A DNA stretch of 57,171 nt from a bacterium (GTDB lineage Bacteria; UBP7; UBA6624): contig JACNFQ010000052.1 of assembly GCA_014384545.1 (NCBI GenBank), forward strand, positions 1-57,171. Reading direction: 5' to 3'. Under the pieces are notes generated by a model. That model had not been told where the DNA came from and searched no databases. It was given only the letters and a program-made list of their open reading frames with translations. The translations under genes were made by a program, and so were the position numbers. Each line of letters starts with the position of its first letter. Position 1 is the stretch's first letter. This document shows positions 20,066-27,923 of this stretch, one piece after another.

Positions 20066-20530
20066 TTGAACCCGTCGGAGAAGGCCAAAACCCCAAAGAC
20101 TGGCGTTGATCGCCGGGGGTTCCTTGCGCGGGCGTTGGCTATTGGCGGAGCTGCTGTCTCTTATGCGACCTTTGGTGGCTTCGCCCTCCGTTTCTTATAT
20201 CCCGATACCACGGGTGAAAAGAGACGGATGTACCTCGCGTCGATCTCTTCGCTTCCTAAGGGAAAAGCTGTTGTCGTTTCAACACCCTCAGGAAAACGAG
20301 TCGTTGTCTTGAATACCGCCGACGGCATTCGTGCATTCTCTACAATTTGTCCTCACTTGGGGTGCCAAGTACACTGGGAAGATGAAAATAACCACTTTTT
20401 CTGCCCTTGCCACAGCGCCGTGTTTGATCCCACAGGAAAGGCAATGGAGGGCCCCCCTGCTTCAGATGGAAAAGATATGTTGGCAGTGGAGATTGCCTTA
20501 GAAGGAGATGGTGTCTTCGCCTGGGTATGA
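20066..20530 (+). CDS. Rieske [2Fe-2S] subunit of a cytochrome b/Rieske complex (TAT signal)
   Basis: TTG 20066 lies just after the porin stop. Twin-arginine motif VDRRGFLARAL, and cluster ligands CPHLGC...CPCHSAVF. 4-nt overlap with the cytochrome b gene. Confidence 0.85.
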   Translation: MNPSEKAKTPKTGVDRRGFLARALAIGGAAVSYATFGGFALRFLYPDTTGEKRRMYLASISSLPKGKAVVVSTPSGKRVVVLNTADGIRAFSTICPHLGCQVHWEDENNHFFCPCHSAVFDPTGKAMEGPPASDGKDMLAVEIALEGDGVFAWV

Positions 20531-21564
20531 GTGGTTTCTGGCGTTCACGCATGCCCGTCAATGAAGAGGCGATAAAGGAGTTTGGTTCCGAGGCGGTTCC
20601 TGGACACCTGAAGAGATGGTGGTTTGCCCTAGGTGGCACACCAGCCTATCTCTTCATTGTCCAAGTATTTACGGGGATACTCCTTACTTTCTACTACATT
20701 CCCAACCCCGAAAAAGCCTATGATTCTGTCAGGTATATTACCGAGACAGTACCTTTTGGATGGTATATACGGGGGATGCATTTGTGGGGGTCTCACCTGT
20801 TGATTGTCGCTGTGATTCTCCATATGATGCGTGCGTTCTTTACGGGAACTTACCGAAAGCCCCGCGAGTTGACGTGGGTGTTGGGAGTCCTCCTCTTGCT
20901 ATTGATGATGGGGATGGGTTTCACAGGGTACAGTCTCGTTTACGAGCAGCTCTCCTATTGGGGGGCAACTGTGGCAAGCAATCTTACCGAGTCGGCACCC
21001 GGGATTGGACCGATCTTAGCAAACTTCATTCGGGGAGGTGCTGAAATTGGAGAAAACACACTTACCCGGTTTTATATCTTCCATATCGCTGCTGTGCCCA
21101 CCTTACTCGTTATGGTCTTGGCGGGTCATATTTGGATGGTGCGGACCCATGGTGTGAAAGAGCTTCATTTTGAGGATGAAGAGGAGTCGGAAAAGGGAAC
21201 ATTCCCCTTCTTCCCTAATCATTTCTTGACAGAGTTGCTCGTAGGTCTGGTGTTGATGGTTCTTCTATCAACACTCTCGGTTGTTTTCCCGGCTACTTTA
21301 GCAGATCCAGCAAACCCCTTAGTCACCCCCGAACATATCAAACCCGAATGGTATTTCCTCTTTACATTTAGGTGGTTGAAGTTAGCTGGTACAGATATGG
21401 CTATAGCCACAATGGGTCTATTTGCGCTCCTTTTTGTAGGGTGGCCTTGGGTGGACAAGTTGTTACGAAAGAAGAATCCTTCTAGTGAGGCGAGTGTGTT
21501 GATTGGAAGCCTCGTTACTTTGGGCTTGGTGGGGATGACGATGTGGGAGATATTCTCAGGTTAG
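20527..21564 (+). CDS. cytochrome b (fused b6 + subunit IV-type)
   Basis: 345 aa. Haem ligand pairs in GMHLWGSHLLIVAVILHMMR and FYIFHIAAVPTLLVMVLAGHIWM, and the Qo-site motif KPEWYFL in the C-terminal part. Confidence 0.92.
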   Translation: MSGFWRSRMPVNEEAIKEFGSEAVPGHLKRWWFALGGTPAYLFIVQVFTGILLTFYYIPNPEKAYDSVRYITETVPFGWYIRGMHLWGSHLLIVAVILHMMRAFFTGTYRKPRELTWVLGVLLLLLMMGMGFTGYSLVYEQLSYWGATVASNLTESAPGIGPILANFIRGGAEIGENTLTRFYIFHIAAVPTLLVMVLAGHIWMVRTHGVKELHFEDEEESEKGTFPFFPNHFLTELLVGLVLMVLLSTLSVVFPATLADPANPLVTPEHIKPEWYFLFTFRWLKLAGTDMAIATMGLFALLFVGWPWVDKLLRKKNPSSEASVLIGSLVTLGLVGMTMWEIFSG

Positions 21565-21579
21565 AAAAGGAGTAGATAG

Positions 21580-22992
21580 ATGGCAAGACATATGAGTCTC
21601 AATAGAAAGCAGGTTGTCGTTGGCACCTTGGGGTTGGTCTTTTTAGCCTCCCTTGTTGTCGTGGCTTGGGTAGAAGGAGGAAAACTCCGTTTCCAGCCCA
21701 AACCCGAACCTATCATTTCTAGTGAAAATGAAGGATGTGTTGCGTGTCATACCGAAAAAACCCCTGTGATTGTTCAACAATGGGCAGATAGTGAACATGG
21801 TCAATTAGGGGTGGGGTGTATTGGGTGTCACCAAGCCGAAAAGACGGATGTTGATGCGTATCGCCACGAGGGTGCTTTGATTGCAACGATCGTTACCCCC
21901 AATGATTGTGCGCGATGCCATGCCCAAGTTGCTGAAGAGTTCCAAGCAAGCCACCACGCCAAGGCGGGGGATATCTTGAACTCATTGGACAATATATTAG
22001 GGGAAGTTATAGAGGGGGTGCCAGCTGCGACAAATGGTTGTATCCAGTGCCACGGATCCAAAGTCGCACTCTTGACTGACGCGAATGGCAATGTACGGAA
22101 GGATGACGGCGGTCGACCGATGTTTGATCCTTCTACTTGGCCCAACTCAGGGATGGGACGCATCAACTTAGATGGAAGTCTTGGTTCTTGTTCCGCCTGT
22201 CATAGTCGACACACTTTTTCTCGCGCTATGGCTAGACAACCCGAGAACTGTGGGAAGTGCCACATGGGACCAGATCACCCGCAGATTGAGATCTACAACG
22301 AAAGTAAGCATGGTATCGCCTATGCCGCTTCTTCAGATGAAGATATGAATCTTGACGCTAAGAAATGGGTTGTGGGAGAAGATTACTTTGCAGCCCCCAC
22401 CTGTGCCACCTGCCATATGAGTGCCACACGCAACTTACCCGTTACTCACGATGTGGGCGACCGCATTTCATGGACGCTTCGTCCCAAGATATCTAAGCTA
22501 CTGGAAAACCACGAAGAGCGCCGCAGTCGGATGAAGGATGTGTGTGAGGCTTGCCACAGCCCTGGATTTACTCGGGGTTTCTATAAGCAATACGATGAGG
22601 CGATTCATCTGTACAACGACAAGTATGGGGGCCCCTCAACGACGATCATGGGGATGTTGAAAGAGAGAGGGTTGATTTCTCCCGATCCATTTGACGATCA
22701 TATTGAATGGGTCTATTTTGAACTTTGGCATCACGAAGGGAGACGCGCTCGGATGGGAGCCTCCATGATGGGACCAGACTACACCCAATGGCATGGTTTC
22801 TACGAAGTGGCTAAGCACTTCTACTTCAAGTTCCTTCCAATGGCCAAAGAGCTGTCTGAAGGGGACGAAGTGGCAATGGCATTGATAGACAGCATTCTCG
22901 CATCAGAAGAACACGCTTGGCTAGACGGGTTGTCCCTTGAGGACAGGGAGCGGCTAAAAGCGTACTACAAAGAGCGCTACGGCGACGAGTAG
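21580..22992 (+). CDS. membrane-anchored octahaem cytochrome c, hydroxylamine-oxidoreductase (HAO)-like family
   Basis: 470 aa with an N-terminal TM helix (VVVGTLGLVFLASLVVVAWV). Eight CxxCH motifs: CVACH, CIGCH, CARCH, CIQCH, CSACH, CGKCH, CATCH, CEACH. CGKCHMGPDHPQIEIYNESKHG and PTCATCHM resemble HAO-family signatures. Confidence 0.78.
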   Translation: MARHMSLNRKQVVVGTLGLVFLASLVVVAWVEGGKLRFQPKPEPIISSENEGCVACHTEKTPVIVQQWADSEHGQLGVGCIGCHQAEKTDVDAYRHEGALIATIVTPNDCARCHAQVAEEFQASHHAKAGDILNSLDNILGEVIEGVPAATNGCIQCHGSKVALLTDANGNVRKDDGGRPMFDPSTWPNSGMGRINLDGSLGSCSACHSRHTFSRAMARQPENCGKCHMGPDHPQIEIYNESKHGIAYAASSDEDMNLDAKKWVVGEDYFAAPTCATCHMSATRNLPVTHDVGDRISWTLRPKISKLLENHEERRSRMKDVCEACHSPGFTRGFYKQYDEAIHLYNDKYGGPSTTIMGMLKERGLISPDPFDDHIEWVYFELWHHEGRRARMGASMMGPDYTQWHGFYEVAKHFYFKFLPMAKELSEGDEVAMALIDSILASEEHAWLDGLSLEDRERLKAYYKERYGDE

Positions 22993-23016
22993 CCAGGAGG
23001 AATAAGGAGGAGCGAA

Positions 23017-25503
23017 ATGGCATTAGTATCTTTGATAATAACTAAGGAAGGTAAGGAGAGTGTGCGTGTGCTGGAGGGTGGTGATCTTGAAACCCTTGAC
23101 GCACAGATAGAAGCGATAAAGGCATCTGGCGAGGCTGATGATGTCAAGCCCGTTTTTATGAGTATTGAGAGGGCTGATTTTTCCAGGCGAGAGTTCCTCA
23201 AGCGCACAGCTTATACATTTGCTGCAGCTTTGATCCTGCCCACTTTCTCTTCTTGTGCTCCCTCCCTACAGCAATCGGCCGAGAAGATTCTCCTTTCGGA
23301 CCCCACCGTCAAGTGGAACAAGTCCACCTGTAGATTCTGCGGTGTGGGGTGTGGGGTAATGGTTGCAACGAAAGCGGGAACCGTTGTGGCAGTAGCAGGA
23401 GATGAAAAAAACCCTGTAAACAAGGGGCTTCTTTGTGTCAAGGGTTACCATCTTCCATCCATCCTTTATGGCTCGGATAGGCTTAAGAAACCCCTTGTAA
23501 GGAAGAATGGTGAGTTGGTGGAGACATCTTGGGACGAAGCTCTCTCTTTGGTTGCGTCCAAACTGAGTGAAACTCTCCAAACGAAGGGGCCTCGAGGTGT
23601 CGCGTTCTATGGTTCTGGTCAGTGGACTATCCAAGAGGGGTATGCGGCGAGCAAATTTATGCGCGCAGGCGTAAAGAGCAATCACCTAGAGGCAAACGCC
23701 AGGCTTTGTATGGCTTCAGCGGTTGTGGGTTTCCTTTTGTCCTTTGGGAAAGATGAACCAATGGGACCTTATGACGACATAGAGAAGACAGACAACTATG
23801 TGTTGTGGGGAAACAATATGGCGGAAATGCACCCCGTTCTTTTCTCTCGCATGCTAGAGAGACGAAAGAAAGCAAGCCATGTCAAGATTGTGGACCTTTC
23901 TACCCGAACGACCCGCACCTCGCAAGCTTCCGACCTCCATATTCTCTTCAAGCCCCAATCAGACTTAGCGATTGCTAATGGGATTGCGAATCTCCTAATA
24001 GAGAAGAACAAGATTGATAAAGATTTTGTCTCTAAGCACTGCAACTTCTCCGCTGGAAAAGAAGATATTGGGTATGGGTTGGAAGACAAGTTCGCGTTCA
24101 AGAAAGAGTCCCGTAAGCTTAGCTTTGAAGAATACGCTGCCTATGTTGCTGAATACACCCCCCAGCGTGTAGAAGAGATTTCTGGGGTATCTCCCAAGAA
24201 CCTAGCGACTCTAGCAGAGATTTATGGAGATCCCAATAGTGGCGTGGTCTCCTTTTGGTGTATGGGTGTGAACCAACATACAAGGGGTACTTGGATGAAC
24301 AACCTCATCAACAATCTCCATCTTTTGACAGGGAAGATCTCAAAGCCTGGAAACAACCCCTTCTCGCTTACAGGGCAGCCATCTGCGTGTGGAACGGTTC
24401 GTGAAGTGGGAACACTTGCTCACGCTCTCCCTGGCGGGCGAAAAGTCACAGTGCCAGATCATCGTGCTGATGTAGAGAAGGCTTGGAATGTGGAAGAGGG
24501 AACGATTCCCGATTGGGTGGGATACCATACAGTGGAGATGTTCCGTGCGGTTGACAGGGGTGAAATAGGATGGATGTGGATTCAGACAACGAACCCCATG
24601 GTGTCGATGCCCAAGTTGGGCAGGTATCTCAAGGCGATGGAAGATCGAAAGACCTTTCTCGTTGTTTCCGAAGTCTATCCCACGCCCACATCAGCTGTGG
24701 CGGATGTTGTCTTTCCCACCAACCTATGGGTTGAGAAAGAGGGTTGTTTTGGGAATAGCGAACGGCGCACCCAACAATGGGATGCAATTGCTACGCCTCC
24801 CGGTGAGGCGAAAAGCGATCTGTGGCAAATCATTGAAGTTGCAAAGCGTATGGGTTGGCACCATCTCTTTGAAGGGAACCACCCAGAAGAAGATCTCTAT
24901 GAGGAATATCGACAACTCACATTGGGGCGGGGCAAGGATGTTGCCCCCTACGAAACACTGAAAAAGACGCGAGGCATGAGATGGCCCGTTGTGGACGGGA
25001 AAGAGACCCTATATCGGTATAGGGGCGGAGAAGATCCCTATGTGCCAGACGGTGAAGATGTCTATTTTTACGGCAAGCCCGATGGAAAAGCTGTCATTTG
25101 GGCTCGCCCTTGGGAGCCTGCCCCTGAGATTCCTGATGAAGATTACCCCTTGTGGCTTTGCACGGGGAGAGTGTTGGAACATTGGCATACAGGATCGATG
25201 ACACGCCGTGTTCCTGAGCTACACGGCGCTATGCCAAAAGGTTTCATTGAGATACATCCTGAAGATGCAACTCTTCTTGGCATTCAAGACGGACAAGAGG
25301 TTCGCCTGACTAGCCGAAGAGGAGAGATTACTCTTCCTGCCTCAATAGGTGAAACCGCCCGGGGCACGCCCCCAATGGGGTCCGTCTTTGTCCCCTTCTT
25401 TGACGAGTCAAAACTAGTCAACCTTGTGACCCTAGATAGTTTCTGCCCCTTATCAAAAGAACCTGATTACAAGAAGTGTGCGGTAAGAGTCGAAGCTGTA
25501 TGA
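23017..25503 (+). CDS. napA: periplasmic nitrate reductase catalytic subunit NapA (molybdopterin oxidoreductase) with N-terminal extension
   Basis: TAT motif SRREFLKRTAY, [4Fe-4S] motif CRFCGVGCGV, and NapA-like sequence throughout (KGLLCVKGY, WCMGVNQHTRGTW, TGRVLEHWHTGSMT). ATG 23017 has a very strong SD (AGGAGGAATAAGGAGG). The alternative start ATG 23158 lies directly before the TAT motif. Confidence 0.9.
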   Translation: MALVSLIITKEGKESVRVLEGGDLETLDAQIEAIKASGEADDVKPVFMSIERADFSRREFLKRTAYTFAAALILPTFSSCAPSLQQSAEKILLSDPTVKWNKSTCRFCGVGCGVMVATKAGTVVAVAGDEKNPVNKGLLCVKGYHLPSILYGSDRLKKPLVRKNGELVETSWDEALSLVASKLSETLQTKGPRGVAFYGSGQWTIQEGYAASKFMRAGVKSNHLEANARLCMASAVVGFLLSFGKDEPMGPYDDIEKTDNYVLWGNNMAEMHPVLFSRMLERRKKASHVKIVDLSTRTTRTSQASDLHILFKPQSDLAIANGIANLLIEKNKIDKDFVSKHCNFSAGKEDIGYGLEDKFAFKKESRKLSFEEYAAYVAEYTPQRVEEISGVSPKNLATLAEIYGDPNSGVVSFWCMGVNQHTRGTWMNNLINNLHLLTGKISKPGNNPFSLTGQPSACGTVREVGTLAHALPGGRKVTVPDHRADVEKAWNVEEGTIPDWVGYHTVEMFRAVDRGEIGWMWIQTTNPMVSMPKLGRYLKAMEDRKTFLVVSEVYPTPTSAVADVVFPTNLWVEKEGCFGNSERRTQQWDAIATPPGEAKSDLWQIIEVAKRMGWHHLFEGNHPEEDLYEEYRQLTLGRGKDVAPYETLKKTRGMRWPVVDGKETLYRYRGGEDPYVPDGEDVYFYGKPDGKAVIWARPWEPAPEIPDEDYPLWLCTGRVLEHWHTGSMTRRVPELHGAMPKGFIEIHPEDATLLGIQDGQEVRLTSRRGEITLPASIGETARGTPPMGSVFVPFFDESKLVNLVTLDSFCPLSKEPDYKKCAVRVEAV

Positions 25504-26009
25504 GGAGGATCTTCCTAGTAGTAACGACCACCTTGCTCCTAGGGGGGTGTGGGGACGGTGGTGATCCCCGTCCTGGCACACGTGCTTACGCTGGGGCACC
25601 TCCGACGATACCTCACCAAGTGGAATCGCTGGGTCGAGGAAACTGTCTGGGTTGCCATGGGGCGGGGTTAGAGGTCTCGTTAGATGGTGACAAACAGAGG
25701 GGGCCAGAAACACCACACCCTAATCAACTCTCTTGCCGACAATGCCATGTCGTCTCTTCTGGAGAGAGCGTTGCATTTGGCCATACGATCTTTCAAGGTG
25801 CCCTTCCCGGGAAAGGTGGAAACCGTAGCCACCCTATCGCCCCACCCCTGATACCGCACCCTCTTCAAAACAGGAAGGAATGTCTCTCTTGCCATGGGGA
25901 CTTAGGGGATTTAAAAGCTCCAACGAGCTCTCACCAAGATCGTCTATCTTGTTCCCAGTGCCATATCCCCTTAAACCCAGAGCTAGGGGCTTGGCTTCCG
26001 CCTAAGTAG
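25500..26009 (+). CDS. napB: tetrahaem lipoprotein composed of two tandem NapB-like dihaem units
   Basis: The ATG at 25500 overlaps the napA stop (ATGA). Lipobox LLLGGC. Unit 1 is PPTIPH..CLGCH...PHP..LSCRQCHV and unit 2 is APPLIPH...CLSCH...SH..RLSCSQCHI. Each reproduces the NapB pattern PP.IPH / C..CH / C.QCH. Confidence 0.75.
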   Translation: MRRIFLVVTTTLLLGGCGDGGDPRPGTRAYAGAPPTIPHQVESLGRGNCLGCHGAGLEVSLDGDKQRGPETPHPNQLSCRQCHVVSSGESVAFGHTIFQGALPGKGGNRSHPIAPPLIPHPLQNRKECLSCHGDLGDLKAPTSSHQDRLSCSQCHIPLNPELGAWLPPK

Positions 26010-26158
26010 AAGAAGAGTTTAGTTTCTTTCGTGCATTGGGAACGAAAAGCCACAGCACTGGGGCACAACACCGGTATTGAGACTTGGCAAACGCCGCGCC
26101 TCTTTGCTCGCTCTTGAAACTCTTTGTCACTTAACTCATTCCTCTGTTTGAAGGGGGG

Positions 26159-26500
26159 CTAAGGAGGTGTGCCTAGATAGATTGCCCATATCACTTCGCT
26201 AGCTGGGTAGGTGCTTGCTGGGGTTAGGTACTTCTTGTAGAGTTTACAGAGGCGAGACCCGTTCGGTGTACACCATTCCCCTGCACCGGGCCATTCATGA
26301 CCAGCACCCTTGAGAGTAAGGAGGGAAACCTCAACACTGGAGCACTCCCAACGCATCCATTCGACTTAATGTCCTCAAAAGTGATCCTTCCTTCCTTACC
26401 ACACCCCATCCGTCCTGCCCACATCTCCATGCTCTCTGGAACGGATGAGAACGGCATCGCCTTGCCACTTTCAAACTCGCTCCCCTGCGGGTTTGGTGGG
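26159..26500 (-). pseudogene. 3' remnant of a PHB-depolymerase-family esterase (LpqC-like), frameshifted
   Basis: Two overlapping minus-strand frames together give ...SVPESMEMWAGRMGCGKEG... and ...WECSSVEVSLLTLKGAGHEWPGAG...ASEVIWAIY. This is the C-terminal pattern of this esterase family (W...NGC, C...V.L..I.G.GH.WPG, AS..MW.FF). The whole N-terminal hydrolase core is missing. Confidence 0.5.
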
Positions 26501-26501
26501 G

Positions 26502-27818
26502 TTAGAGGGGGATTGATTTGCCATCAATCAGGACCGCATAGGGGTCATAGGTAGTCGCTTCTAGGTCACCACTAAAGTCGGAGTGTTCCACCTTTACATC
26601 TAAGACGGTCACCTCTTCTCCCGTCTTTGTCTGTCCAAGGCGCTTCCCAGCAGCATCCCAACCCTTGACTAGGATTTCGCCACCATCAAGTGTTGAAAGT
26701 CGTGCACTACCAGGGCGATTCCCTCGTAGGGGGTTAGAAACCTTTACTTTTCCCTTGATTGCCTTCCCAAATCCTTCCGAACGCCATGGGGTCTCTAGCG
26801 CCATTTCCTGGTACGGTTTGCACCATGGCTTGGCATCGCACCAGTTGCAAGTTTCGGGGTGGGGGTTGGCTTCAAAAGAAGCTTCTGGCTTGCCCGATAA
26901 CCTAGAGATTTCGGCACCCGCCTCTCTAATCATCAACCCTATCGCATCGGCCTCCTTCTTGTCGGGGGCAAACCCCTCAACGTGGTCGTGCGCCGTGTAC
27001 CAGAACTCTACCCTTTTGGGTAATGCCCCCCACATCTCTTCTGCCAAATGAGCATAGATCTGTCCCTGCAAGGCATGGTCTGGTGGTAAACCCTCTACGG
27101 GGGGAGAACATCCGCCACTCTTGAAGTCTACCAAGAGGGTCCCTTCTTTGTTCTCTTGGGCGTAATCAATATAGCCCCCTACTTTGCCATCTTTACTAAA
27201 CGCAGCAACTTCCCTATGGGTGGGCATTGCTCTTTCCAGCCCCTCTGCTGTCATCCTCCCTTGGGTGATGCGGTCTAATGCCCAAAGAGCTTGGTCAATC
27301 GCTGATGTTTCTTTTCTGTCGTCCCACCTGCCCCTAGACCGTTTCGCGGTCTCAAATTGGCTCTTCTTTTTGCTCCATTGGGTGCGCACAATATGGTCTA
27401 CCCACTGGGGGGGCGAAGCCAAACTGAAGTCGCAATCAAAGACGCGTTCAATGGCATCATGGACGAGTGTCCCCACATGGAGAGCTTGGCTGTCCACAAA
27501 GGGGATCGTTCTCTCATAAGAAAAGTGATAGTTTCGGGGACACGCCAAAAACCCCTTTGCCTTAGAGAAACTCGTAGCCCCTTTCTTCCACTCACCCCGA
27601 GTCCGCTGGGGGGCAACAAGTGGAGGACCTTCCCGCATGGGGGAAAGAGGATTCTTGCCCAAGAACCATTCCTCAATCTTTAGCTCTCCCTCGGTATTGG
27701 GCCCCTCAACAACGCTCTTCGGAAACCACTGTTCATATCCATCTTGCCTTGCAAGAAGCAGTGCTTTTGCGGTCTCCCTCACCTTTGTCCATACGCCGAT
27801 TACTTCTTCTTTTGCCAT
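26502..27818 (-). CDS. PD-(D/E)XK nuclease, Cas4/AddB-like with four-Cys Fe-S motif, plus extra N- and C-terminal domains
   Basis: 438 aa. The first Cys is in LACPRNY, followed by HVGTLVHDAIE, GGYIDY (Asp), LLVDFKSGG (D-x-K), QGQIYAHL (QxxxY) and a C-terminal CNWCDAKPWC. Confidence 0.7.
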   Translation of the reverse strand: MAKEEVIGVWTKVRETAKALLLARQDGYEQWFPKSVVEGPNTEGELKIEEWFLGKNPLSPMREGPPLVAPQRTRGEWKKGATSFSKAKGFLACPRNYHFSYERTIPFVDSQALHVGTLVHDAIERVFDCDFSLASPPQWVDHIVRTQWSKKKSQFETAKRSRGRWDDRKETSAIDQALWALDRITQGRMTAEGLERAMPTHREVAAFSKDGKVGGYIDYAQENKEGTLLVDFKSGGCSPPVEGLPPDHALQGQIYAHLAEEMWGALPKRVEFWYTAHDHVEGFAPDKKEADAIGLMIREAGAEISRLSGKPEASFEANPHPETCNWCDAKPWCKPYQEMALETPWRSEGFGKAIKGKVKVSNPLRGNRPGSARLSTLDGGEILVKGWDAAGKRLGQTKTGEEVTVLDVKVEHSDFSGDLEATTYDPYAVLIDGKSIPL

Positions 27819-27923
27819 GACGTTAGTTTACTGCTGTTTGCCAAGCCGTGTGGGGAGTTCGGAGACCTTCACCAACGATAGCCCTCTAGAATCTCCATAG
27901 GGCGCCTCGTAGGCGCCCTCTTT

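Noticed and set aside
26010-26158. Possible terminator or sRNA after napB (weak hairpin tttcgt-gcattggga-acgaaa at about 26027-26047).
   Set aside because: It is a 6-bp AT-rich stem without a U-tract, which is too weak to annotate.
27899-27919. Perfect 8-bp GC-rich hairpin (agggcgcc-tcgta-ggcgccct) ending 4 nt before the antiporter ATG.
   Set aside because: It could be a translational control element or a terminator remnant. There is no U-tract, no upstream co-directional gene and no recognisable riboswitch context, so one hairpin is too little to call.
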